This document shows positions 1 through 8,942 of a DNA stretch of 64,000 bases, in pieces (the stretch's first letter is position 1; the number at the start of each line of letters is the position of its first letter). The notes under the pieces are model-generated. The model saw nothing but the letters and a program-made list of their open reading frames with translations. It was not told the origin of the DNA and searched no databases. The stretch comes from an uncultured Methanomicrobiaceae archaeon (GTDB lineage: Archaea > Halobacteriota > Methanomicrobia > Methanomicrobiales > Methanoculleaceae): the NCBI GenBank assembly GCA_963826525.1, contig CAWGXH010000003.1, positions 480,001 through 544,000 on the forward strand, given 5' to 3'. The translations under genes were made by a program, and so were the position numbers.

Positions 1-126
1 GATGGCGGCCGGTCGTTCACCGAAGGCCGTGAGGAGATGGGCAAGGACGTGCTTGAGAACCCGGAGCTCGTGCGGAAGCTGCTGAACGAGCTGATCGAGG
101 AGGAGAAGCGGAAGGGGGAGATCTGA
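1..126 (+). CDS. 3' end of an unidentified protein (partial)
   Basis: Frame 1 is open from the window edge (DGGRSFTEGREEMGKDVLENPELVRKLLNELIEEEKRKGEI) to TGA at 124-126, with host-like codon usage. Confidence 0.55.
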   Translation, partial: DGGRSFTEGREEMGKDVLENPELVRKLLNELIEEEKRKGEI

Positions 127-234
127 TGCTCACGAATAGACCGGAGGGACGGGTTTGCTCCTCGCGGATCCGATCCGGGGAGAGACGGTACGATCGCACG
201 TCTGCGGTGTAACGGCGAACGCGATCACCCTCAG

Positions 235-272
235 GTACACCGAAATTAATAATTATGTTAATGTTGGTGTAC
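235..272. promoter_or_regulatory. Imperfect inverted repeat over the AT-rich abiE promoter (putative AbiEi operator)
   Basis: GTACACCGAAATTAATA...TGTTAATGTTGGTGTAC, arms about 17 bp, 27 bp upstream of the GTG at 299. AbiEi antitoxins autoregulate through promoter inverted repeats. Confidence 0.55.
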
Positions 273-298
273 TAAAAAGAGGATGTGAGAGATAGCCC

Positions 299-1058
299 GT
301 GACGATCGAGATCCTGAAGGCCATCGCCCGCGACGGACAGGTGTTCACGCTCGAGCAGCCTGCACCGGAAGACCCGGATCCCGAAAAACATACTCTCAGT
401 GATGCTTTCCCGGTGGGAAGATCGGGGTTTCGTCGAGCGGATCGAGCGGGGAAAATACCTGATCATCCCGCTGGAGAGCGAGAAGGGCAGGTACACGCTC
501 CACGAGTTTGTGATTGCATCGCACCTCGTCCGGCCGTCCGCTATTGCGTACTGGAGCGCCCTCCACTATCACGGCCTGACCGAACAGATCCCGATAACGG
601 TCTTTGTCCAGACGACGGCGCGGAAGAAGAACAACCAGATCGAGGTGTTCGGCGTGAACTACCGGATCGTGCGGGTAAAGCCGGAGAAGTTCTTCGGGTT
701 CAAGAAGGAATGGATTGAGGAGACACCGGTCACCGTCACCGACAGGGAGAAGACGGTGATCGACTGCCTCGACAGACCCGAATACGCAGGAGGGATCATC
801 GAGGTCGCAAAGGCGCTGGAGAACACATCGCTGGATCGCGAGAACCTGAGCCGGTACGCCTGGAAGATCGGGAACAATGCTGTTGTCCGGAGGCTCGGGT
901 ACCTGAGCGAACGCATGGGAATTCCACTCGATCTGCCTCCCCCAACATCCAGAAAGTACCTCCTCCTCGATCCCACGATGCCGCACGAGGGAGAGACTGA
1001 TCCGAGGTGGCGGCTGGTCGTCAACGTCGAGAACGCGCTTCCGGAGAGCTCCGAATGA
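299..1058 (+). CDS. abiEi: Type IV TA antitoxin, AbiEi family (one frameshift near 360)
   Basis: MTIEILKAIARDGQVFTLEQ joins LHRKTRIPKNILSVMLSRWEDRGFVERIERGKY (wHTH). Downstream SAIAYWSALHYHGLTEQIP and TDREKTVIDCLDRPEYAGG motifs. Confidence 0.85.
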
Positions 1059-1843
1059 TACCGATCCGCGAGATTAAAGAGGCCGCCCGTGCCTTCGGGG
1101 TTCCGCCCTCGACGATCGAACGGGACTATGCACAGAACTGGCTCCTCGCTCATATGAGTGCTCTCCCTATGGCGCTGAAAGGGGAAACCGGAATCCGGAA
1201 AGTTTTCATCGAGAACTACCGTTTCTCGGACGATCTCGACTTCACTCTGTTGGAACCGTGTGATAAGGAGGCCTTGCAGGAGGCGGTGAGAGATGCAGTA
1301 GCCCGCACACGAGAGGTAAGCGGCATCAGGTTCGAGGAGGATATTGGCATTATCGAGACGGCGACCGGATTCCGGGCGACGGCCATGTTCAGGATCATCC
1401 CCATGAACGCATCCACTTCCACGAGGATCGTCATCGACCTCACGACCATGAGTAACGAAAGCGTCATGCTTCCTATTGAGACGAAACGGATCTACCACCC
1501 GTATTCGGACAACCTCAACGCCGGGGTACCCAGTTACTGCCTGGAGGAGATCATGGCCGAGAAGATCCGCTCTCTTTTCCAGCGGATACGCCCCCGGGAT
1601 ATCTACGATATCCAGAGCCTTGCCGACCGCGTGAACCCGGACGCCGTGAGGAGCATTCTCGGCCGGAAATGCGAATGCAAAGAGGTCGTCCCGGATAACT
1701 CCGCGCTCGCGGGAAGGCGCGAACGGTTCTCAGCATCATGGAACGCATCGCTCCGGCACCAGATGAAGGCCGTTCCGGATTTCGAGGAGGCATTTGAACG
1801 GGCGTTGGGGTGTGTCGAACAGTATACTCAGGCGACCGGGTGA
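1055..1843 (+). CDS. abiEii: Type IV TA nucleotidyltransferase toxin, AbiEii/AbiGii family
   Basis: ATGA overlap with abiEi. IERDY, LKG(E)T, RFSDDLDF, EIMAEK and RPRDIYD motifs. Confidence 0.88.
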   Translation: MIPIREIKEAARAFGVPPSTIERDYAQNWLLAHMSALPMALKGETGIRKVFIENYRFSDDLDFTLLEPCDKEALQEAVRDAVARTREVSGIRFEEDIGIIETATGFRATAMFRIIPMNASTSTRIVIDLTTMSNESVMLPIETKRIYHPYSDNLNAGVPSYCLEEIMAEKIRSLFQRIRPRDIYDIQSLADRVNPDAVRSILGRKCECKEVVPDNSALAGRRERFSASWNASLRHQMKAVPDFEEAFERALGCVEQYTQATG

Positions 1844-1873
1844 TGTTCCAGCATAGGTATCGGAGCGATCGGG

Positions 1874-2152
1874 ATGCCGCATACCTACGCAATCGAGATC
1901 TTCTACAGCGACGAGGATGAGGGGTTCATCGCCGTCGTTCCGGAGCTTGCCGGGTGTTCCGCATTCGGTGAGACCGACGGGGAGGCGCTCTCTGAAGTGG
2001 AGGTGGCTATCGACCTCTGGCTCGAGACTGCCCGGGAAGAGGGGCGGGAGATCCCGGAGCCGAGCAGCAATGAACGAACCGGGGACGCTCGCCTACGGCC
2101 TCGGCGGCACACCCGCCCTACCGGGAGAACCGTACCCCGCTATGGTCGATGA
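1874..2152 (+). CDS. hicB: HicB-like antitoxin (orphan, no adjacent HicA)
   Basis: YAIEIFYSDEDEGFIAVVPELAGCSAFGET..EAL..V..AIDLWLETAREEGREIPEP is the HicB partial RNase H fold. Confidence 0.8.
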   Translation: MPHTYAIEIFYSDEDEGFIAVVPELAGCSAFGETDGEALSEVEVAIDLWLETAREEGREIPEPSSNERTGDARLRPRRHTRPTGRTVPRYGR

Positions 2153-4562
2153 TCTCGTACGTCCTGACCTTGACAAAATCCAGGACCAAAAAGCCGATGA
2201 TCGCATAGAGCCAGACGAACCCTGCCAGGTACCAGCCGATCGGCGTGACGAAGATCCCGTATACCACGATGATGGTAGCAATGACCTTGGTAATGATGGC
2301 CGACCAGAGCAGAGCCGATCCCGGCCTGACCGACCAGAAGGGACCCCTCGTTCGGGTGACGAAGATGGTGAGGTGCCCCGCCACCGCCAGTTTCAGGAAG
2401 ATGAGCGACTGAATGACCGGAAGGCTCAGGTGCAGCGGTCCCTGTGCGATGTACAGGAGGGTGAATGAAAAGACGACTCCCACAAAGCCGAGGACCGTCG
2501 AGAGGGTGAGGATCTCCTGCATCTTCCACTTTTCAGGGGATTTTGAGTAGATGACGTTGTCGTAGGCGATGGTCATGATCGGAATATCGTTCAGGAGCGC
2601 CAGCAGCACGATCATGAGAGCGGTGATCGGAAAGAAGTTGAAGAACAGAATGGAGAAGGTGACGAAGAAGAGCACGCGGATGGTCTCGGTAATACGGTAG
2701 ATCACGTAGTGATTCATCCGCTGAAAGATCTTCCGGCTCTCTTTTATCGCATCGATGATAACCGAGAGCCCGGGCTTTGTGAACACGATCGATGCCGCCG
2801 ATTTCGCCGCATCCGTGGCGCCGGCAACTGCGATACCGACGTCCGCCTTTTTGAGGGCGGGCGCATCATTCACGCCGTCGCCGGTCATGCCGACGATGTG
2901 TCCCCGCCCCTCCAGGAGCGAGACGATACGGTACTTATGTTCGGGAAACACTTCGGCAAAACCGTCCGCCTTTTCCACGATCTCTCCCGCCTCGGTGTCG
3001 TGCTCGTTCAGGAAGGCATCGGCAGTGACGATATCGGACTTTAAGTTCACTTCCCGTGCAATCTCCCTGGCGATTGCCACGTGGTCGCCGGTGACCATCT
3101 TGATCTCAAGCCCCATCTCCTGCGCCGTCTTGATGGTTGCCGCCGAATCGGCACGGGGCGGATCATGGAGACCGAGCACCCCGGTATAGACCCAGACATC
3201 GTTGTCGCTGCTCCTCGCCACGCCGAGCATACGGAACCCTTTTTTCGCAAAGTCATTCGAGAGCTCGTCGATGCGCTCTTCGAGGTCCTTGCTCCCGCCT
3301 GTGAGCTGCAGGATCACCTGCGGCGCACCCTTTGCCACGCTGAACCGAGCGCCGTCCGCACCCTCTATGGTGGCCTGTGTGCGCTTAACGACGGGATCGA
3401 AGGGTTTGAAATTCAGAACCTTGTATGCGGCGGCTTTTTCCTGCCGACCTTTAGCCTGTTCCGACGTGATGATCGCCATGTCGATGGGGTCCTGATCCTC
3501 CTCCCTCGATGCGAGTATGGCGTCCAGCAGCACGTCCTCCTTCGTGACCGCTTCGAACGGCACGATATCGGAGAGGGTGAGGCTGTTCTCCGTTATCGTT
3601 CCGGTTTTATCGCAGCAGAGCACGTCGACCCCGGCCATCTCTTCGATGGCAACGAGCTTGCTGACGATGGCTTCTTTCCTGGCGAGCGCCACCGCCCCGA
3701 CTGCCATGGTGATGGACAGGACAGCCGGCATTGCCGCAGGAATCGCCGCCACGATCAGGACGAGTGCGAACTGGAGCGTGTCGAGCAGGTTTTCCTGCCG
3801 GAAGATCGAGACGATGAAGGTGACGGCAACCATGGCGATTGCCATGATGATGAGATAATCCCCTATTTTGACAACGGCTCTCTGGAAGTGGCTGACGGTT
3901 ACCGCCTCTTCGGCGAGCCGGGCGGTTTTGCCGAAGAAGGTATCCACTCCTGTGGATACCACCAGTCCGGTCATTTCACCCTGCTTCACAATGGAGCCGG
4001 CATAGCCGACGTCCGAGATCTGTTTGTCGACCGGCATCGACTCCCCGGTCAGTGCGGATTCGTCTGCCGAGAGGTACTCCCCCTCGATGAGCTTGATGTC
4101 CGCGGGGACGACATCCCCGAGCCGGATACGGACGATGTCGCCGGGCACGAGCTCGCGTGCGGGCAGTTTCTGCCATCTGCCGTCGCGCAGCACCCGTGCC
4201 TCGAGCGCAAGCCGTTCTCTCAGCATCTCGATGGCGTTTCCTGCCTGCCGCTCCTGCCAGAAACCGACAATCGCGTTGATGAGGAGCAGTGAGGAGATGA
4301 TCGCGAAGTCCTCCCAGCGCTGAATGACGGCAGAGATGACCAGGGCCGCTTCGATCATCAACGGGATAGGGCCCCAGAAATACTTCAGGAACTTGAGAAT
4401 CGGGTTCTCTTTCTTCTCCGGAATCTCGTTGTACCCATATGTCTGAACGCGGTTTTGAGCCTCGGACCCGGTCAGCCCTTCCCGTTGCGATGAGAGGGTC
4501 TCGAAGAGATCATCTATGGTTTTGCCTTTGGCCTCCTCCGTAGTGATCAGCTGTCCCGCCAT
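2118..4562 (-). CDS. Plasma-membrane proton-efflux P-type ATPase (P3A)
   Basis: DKTGT phosphorylation motif, TGES, KGAP, TGDGVNDAPALK, FKPFDPV and ALLND (TM6 Asp typical of H+-ATPases). Start taken at ATG 4562. Confidence 0.93.
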   Translation of the reverse strand: MAGQLITTEEAKGKTIDDLFETLSSQREGLTGSEAQNRVQTYGYNEIPEKKENPILKFLKYFWGPIPLMIEAALVISAVIQRWEDFAIISSLLLINAIVGFWQERQAGNAIEMLRERLALEARVLRDGRWQKLPARELVPGDIVRIRLGDVVPADIKLIEGEYLSADESALTGESMPVDKQISDVGYAGSIVKQGEMTGLVVSTGVDTFFGKTARLAEEAVTVSHFQRAVVKIGDYLIIMAIAMVAVTFIVSIFRQENLLDTLQFALVLIVAAIPAAMPAVLSITMAVGAVALARKEAIVSKLVAIEEMAGVDVLCCDKTGTITENSLTLSDIVPFEAVTKEDVLLDAILASREEDQDPIDMAIITSEQAKGRQEKAAAYKVLNFKPFDPVVKRTQATIEGADGARFSVAKGAPQVILQLTGGSKDLEERIDELSNDFAKKGFRMLGVARSSDNDVWVYTGVLGLHDPPRADSAATIKTAQEMGLEIKMVTGDHVAIAREIAREVNLKSDIVTADAFLNEHDTEAGEIVEKADGFAEVFPEHKYRIVSLLEGRGHIVGMTGDGVNDAPALKKADVGIAVAGATDAAKSAASIVFTKPGLSVIIDAIKESRKIFQRMNHYVIYRITETIRVLFFVTFSILFFNFFPITALMIVLLALLNDIPIMTIAYDNVIYSKSPEKWKMQEILTLSTVLGFVGVVFSFTLLYIAQGPLHLSLPVIQSLIFLKLAVAGHLTIFVTRTRGPFWSVRPGSALLWSAIITKVIATIIVVYGIFVTPIGWYLAGFVWLYAIIGFLVLDFVKVRTYEIIDHSGVRFSR

Positions 4563-4986
4563 GGCGCCCCGCGGCACTCTTTTCAAACCATACTATATAA
4601 ACTGCAATGATTCGCCGGGGGGATGCAGGCGGATGCATTGCACGGATGTCGGCATCCGCCCCCCCCTCAGGCCCGATGGTGCCGGGCAAATCCATGGGGA
4701 TCAGAGTGCCGGCACCGCGACATCAGACAATTCCGTACACATCCCGTGGAAACCCTGGCGCCGGGTACGGGGCAAATCGTTAGCGTGGACCTCCAGGCCG
4801 TTCCGATCGCTTTTCGACCGCTACCCGGGAAGGGCGGCCGGTGCCCGAAGCGCTTGAAGTGGAGGCTTATGGGGATCAGAACCGGGGTTCGGAGTAGCCT
4901 TTCCTACATGGCTGCCTGACCGGAGCAACGCTACGGATGGGCCCCCAACGCAATGATTATATATAGTGTGTGTACTGGGTCTCCCT

Positions 4987-5490
4987 ATGAGACCAATAGG
5001 AGTTCTTCTCATGGCACTTCTTGTGGTGAGCGCATGCGTTCTCATCGCAGGGTGCACATCGCCCAGCGGGAACGCCACCACCCAGGCGACGACTCCGCCA
5101 ACCACGGCGGCAACGAATGCAACGAATACCACGGCGTATACCGTGATGACCGCCTCGAGCAGCCAGCTGGGGACATACCTGGTCGACGGGAAGGGAGTGA
5201 CCCTGTACAATTTCACGATTGACTCCAAGGATCAGAGTGCCTGCAGCGGAGCATGCGTGAATGTGTGGCCGGTCTTCTATGCCTCGTCAATAACCGTCCC
5301 GTCCGATCTGAATGCGTCCGACTTCACCTCGTTTACCAGGAGTGATGGGGCGATGCAGACCGCATACAAGGGAATGCCCCTGTACTACTATGCCGCGGAT
5401 ACATCGCCGGGTCAGACCACCGGGCAGGGACTGAATCAGTTCGGCGGCCTCTGGTACGTCATTCCCCCGGATTCCCCCGGGTATGCGTAA
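4987..5490 (+). CDS. Secreted lipoprotein with Lipoprotein_15/COG4315-type repeats
   Basis: Signal peptide with IAGC lipobox and Thr-rich linker. YLVDGKGVTLY..SACSGACVNVWP and QTAYKGMPLYYYAAD motifs. Confidence 0.85.
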   Translation: MRPIGVLLMALLVVSACVLIAGCTSPSGNATTQATTPPTTAATNATNTTAYTVMTASSSQLGTYLVDGKGVTLYNFTIDSKDQSACSGACVNVWPVFYASSITVPSDLNASDFTSFTRSDGAMQTAYKGMPLYYYAADTSPGQTTGQGLNQFGGLWYVIPPDSPGYA

Positions 5491-5829
5491 CTCAATTATC
5501 CTTTTTTCAACTGTCCTGTTCCCGCACAGCTTCGCGGTCCGATGTCCCATGCGCAGACCATCACCGGCCCTGCAACCACGACCTACACCTTGACCGCACC
5601 GAGCCCCAGCCCGGACACCGATGCTTTCCGGTGCTATTGCACACTTGCAGCAGCCTCAAAGGGAGGGGGGATGGCCTCCCTTGCCGGGATCGGCAGCGTC
5701 TTGCCGTTCGGGTCCCTGTATGGGGCGCTGCCGGGCACCGGCAGTCCTGCACCGCTCACGGTGATACTTGCCCCGCTGACTGCTCTTCTCCTCTGTGGGA
5801 TTTCGCCGTCTCCCCGCGCCTGTTTCGTG

Positions 5830-6095
5830 GCCTGTAAGGTGGGATGACCTCCTATTCATAGTTCGTCCATAGTCTTCAAATCCCTCAGGGAACCCTTTCA
5901 ACGACCCAAGTATATTACCATATCTTCGCGACCCGGTGTGCAAAATCTCTAGGGAAACGCCCTCGCTCTTCTCGATATAATTAAAGTGTAAAAACAGCGT
6001 ATTTTCCACGTTTTCGTATGAAAAATTTATTGAGCGATTTGATTGTGCCAACACCCGAACTCGTAATACGTTAGCGTCTTTCAGAGAATTATGAG
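5830..6095 (-). pseudogene. AT-rich internal fragment of an unknown gene
   Basis: Open frame (..LFLHFNYIEKSEGVSLEILHTGS..GSLKGFPEGFEDYG) in an abruptly AT-rich patch, with no proper start or end. Confidence 0.4.
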
Positions 6096-6099
6096 AAAT

Positions 6100-7146
6100 T
6101 CACCTCCCTGGCGCAACCATTGATTTGGATTGAGGCATCTTTGCACTGAAGGTCCTTCGGATGTGCGGTGCACCAAGGTATGGGAACTCGTAGAGCATGT
6201 CAGCGTGTGGTCCTGTCTTGTCACTGGTCACTTTGCCGTTGAACACCGTCAGAAAGAGGCCTTTCCCATCGTCCGTGGGCTTCCTCCCGTTTGCGGGATA
6301 CGCTGCTTCCTTCTTGGGATCATAGGGCAATACATCAGGCAACAGGCTTCTCGCTGCCGCTTCCGCCCCTTTCTGGGTATACCCACCGGTCTGCTCCAGA
6401 ACATGTGCGAACATAGGCACAAATCGCTCGTCTTGCGCCGGCTCGCCATCCAGGTATGCCTCTCTCTGGGCTTCCGCCATAAAGGGGGTCTGGGAGGGTC
6501 TCGCACCGCGGTCCGCCTGCACCCAAGCACCGTCAACCTGCAAGAACGTCCGAACCCATAAGTTCAACCTTACTCCACCGCCAAATTCACTGACGGGCAA
6601 CTCTAAGGCTATGCTGCAGACATCCTTGTCGGCAAACCAGTCCGTCCCGGTGAACTGCATATTGTTCAAAACACCACCGACATCGAAGAAGAACGGATCG
6701 CTGCGCCAGCCAGCGAACAAGCGATAAGCACCAGACTCCGCCACCTTTGCCTCGGGACCCATTGAAACGGGCGATCCCTGGAAGATAACCTTTCCGTCTT
6801 CACCCCTTTTGGCAACCTCTGCTCCCTCCGCTCGACGTACAGTCGCCGTCATCATACCATTTTCGTTATAGGAGAAGCGCATTCGATAAGCAATGTCAGC
6901 GACCATATCCCCGTTTGTGTCTACCCTTAGTTCATAGAGACCCTCCGGCGCGTAGGGTTCGTTGGTTGTCGGTTCCTGCTGGTTGAACGGTTTCTCTGGA
7001 TTGAACCCATGAGAAGGATGCGTATTTATGATAATGATGGACTTGCTGGCGTCGCCGGGTTTGGGAAAGGCAAAAAGATCGGTGAAATCCACACGAGCGT
7101 CTCCACGAGGGAAGCCAAAATTTGGTCCTGAATAATGGTGTGTCAT
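6100..7146 (-). CDS. DUF4331 family protein
   Basis: N-terminal HH..GP....P.GDARVDFTDLFAF, FAGWRSDPFFFD, DRGARP and LLPDVL.Y....YP.NGRKPTDD motifs. Confidence 0.8.
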   Translation of the reverse strand: MTHHYSGPNFGFPRGDARVDFTDLFAFPKPGDASKSIIIINTHPSHGFNPEKPFNQQEPTTNEPYAPEGLYELRVDTNGDMVADIAYRMRFSYNENGMMTATVRRAEGAEVAKRGEDGKVIFQGSPVSMGPEAKVAESGAYRLFAGWRSDPFFFDVGGVLNNMQFTGTDWFADKDVCSIALELPVSEFGGGVRLNLWVRTFLQVDGAWVQADRGARPSQTPFMAEAQREAYLDGEPAQDERFVPMFAHVLEQTGGYTQKGAEAAARSLLPDVLPYDPKKEAAYPANGRKPTDDGKGLFLTVFNGKVTSDKTGPHADMLYEFPYLGAPHIRRTFSAKMPQSKSMVAPGR

Positions 7147-7213
7147 GAAAGCACCAGCGGGTTAGGGTCACCTTACTTATTTAAACATTTGTGTCCGTAT
7201 AGCGCAATCACCC

Positions 7214-7240
7214 ATTGTAACTGCACCGTGCAATTACAAT
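7214..7240. promoter_or_regulatory. 27-bp near-perfect palindrome upstream of the DUF4331 promoter
   Basis: ATTGTAACTGCAC-C-GTGCAATTACAAT (12 of 13 pairs). A TATA-like TTTAAATA lies on the - strand at 7178-7185. Confidence 0.5.
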
Positions 7241-7459
7241 TGAATCAATCAAACGAAAGGTCACATCTAGTCCAAATGCAATTTGTTAAAACGAAAGATG
7301 TCTGTGCTATCTAAACCAGAACAGCGCGTAATAGGCTTCGGACATCCACACCGATTCCGAAATGATGGCTGATTAGCCAGTCGGGGGTCTCCGTGGATCT
7401 CTTCGTAGACCCTCATCAGCGTGCCTTCGGGGATCACCTCGATCAGATATTGGATCGCC

Positions 7460-7546
7460 CTTTCCGCTCTTCGCATTCTGCTTCATGTAGTGCAGCGTCC
7501 CCTTCGAGAACCCCATCTTCTTCATTCCGTATACGACATAGTCGAG
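7460..7546 (-). pseudogene. cas1: Remnant of casposon-type Cas1 (casposase) C-terminal HTH, copy 1
   Basis: Restoring one G reads MSYTE[W]KKMGFSKGTLHYMKQNAKSGK. This matches the C-terminal tail of Methanosarcinales casposases as recalled (SYVDWKKLGFSKGTLHYMKQNAKSDKPF). Confidence 0.7.
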
Positions 7547-7588
7547 AGGGGAAGGCTTTTTTTCCGCCAACCATCACAAGGACACACC

Positions 7589-8028
7589 ATGCACCAGGTA
7601 ATCTATGACTCACGAGGCGGCAACACCAAAAAGGTGGCGGATGCGATCGCCGAGGAGTGGGTGTTGCGGCGGAGGATGTCAGGACCGCTTCCCTCGGACC
7701 GGCCGACGGCATCCTGTTCCTCGGCTCGGGCTGCTACGGTGGCAGGCCCGGAGAATATATGGCGGAGTTTATCGAGAAGAACGATTTCAAGGGCAGGCGG
7801 GTCGCCCTGTTCGGTACCACCGAGGGAGGCACGGGCATTGAAGTGAAAACTATGGAGGAGGCCTTGGAAGAGGAGGGTGCCGAGGTGCTGGGGAGTTATT
7901 TCTGCAAGATTCAGGCAATCGGGCTCTTCAGCCGTGACCACCCGGATTCCGACGAGATCGACGCCGCCAGGACGTTCGCCAGGGAAACGGCCGGTCTCCC
8001 ATCACTTCGCCACCCTGTATCGCGATGA
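7589..8028 (+). CDS. Flavodoxin family protein, copy 1 (frameshift near 7657)
   Basis: MHQVIYDSRGGNTKKVADAIAEE joins GVAAEDV...FLGSGCYGG...VALFGT. FMN-binding S-x-x-GNT loop. Confidence 0.85.
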
Positions 8029-8213
8029 TGTCCGTGCCAGCTTCCCGCATGTACCCCGGATGATTCCCCGTTGTGCCGAAGTCACGAGCACCCGGCTCAT
8101 CGTATGAGATGAAACGTCTATTCCCTGTGCCGTTACGTGCTGTACTTCGGGTAAGGGTAGACTTATATTATCAACTCTGTATTCGGAGTGCATACTTAAC
8201 GAGGAGAATTGAA

Positions 8214-8615
8214 ATGTCTTCATCATCTGATAGAAAGGCGTCTTTTGGGAATTCGGAGCGGATACTGGCAGTTTTGTTTGGAGTGGGAATCATCGTGGGC
8301 TTCCTGTTGACTCCGTTGGGATTCGAGACTCGTATGAATGAACTGCGGACCCCGGCGTTCGCAGCGTTTTTTGTGATCGTGGGGTTGTTGCTTCCGATAG
8401 CCGGACTGGTTTTGCTGTTCCGAAGACCAAAACTCGCCGGTGTTCTGGCGGTAATCGACGCTTCGCTCCTCTTCCTCACCGCACCCGCCGACCAGGCATT
8501 GTTTTTCTTCACGGTTCCCCCTCCGCCTGCCGTTACGGCCGGTGAGTACATTCTCATCTTCGTGGGAATCGGCTATATGCTGTACGGACCGCGAGTCTAT
8601 GACAGGTGCACGTAA
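8214..8615 (+). CDS. Hypothetical membrane protein (about 4 TM)
   Basis: GAGGAG RBS and ATG 8214; four hydrophobic segments. Confidence 0.7.
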   Translation: MSSSSDRKASFGNSERILAVLFGVGIIVGFLLTPLGFETRMNELRTPAFAAFFVIVGLLLPIAGLVLLFRRPKLAGVLAVIDASLLFLTAPADQALFFFTVPPPPAVTAGEYILIFVGIGYMLYGPRVYDRCT

Positions 8616-8942
8616 GGCAACGTGAACTCATTCACTGGCAGAAGAATCGAGACCACCCAGAACCCCCTAGGATTTATACTGCCCCTGATGCCCCTTTTTT
8701 TGTTGAATGATCCGATAGGAGTGCTTCGATTCGGATCGATCTTTCCATCCGCGGCCATTTCTGGGACGTGCTCCACGTCAGGGATAGGTTGGATATGTTG
8801 GAAAAGGGGCAATGAGCAAAGAAAGTATAATTCATTGATTGTTTTTTGTGGTATGATGGGGATTATTACGATGAGAACAGGGCGCAAAATATCGGTTTAT
8901 TTTAATAGTTGAAACTGGCTATTTTAAAAAATAGGGATATCT

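Noticed and set aside
5542-5847. 101-aa ORF as an intact gene
   Set aside because: It looks like joined scraps (Thr-rich piece plus hydrophobic piece), with no RBS or family motif.
7267-7570. Small ORFs 7373-7570 and 7267-7476 as a real divergent gene
   Set aside because: Better explained as a chimera of the casposase scrap and another unidentified fragment. A start at 7570 leaves no room for two promoters.
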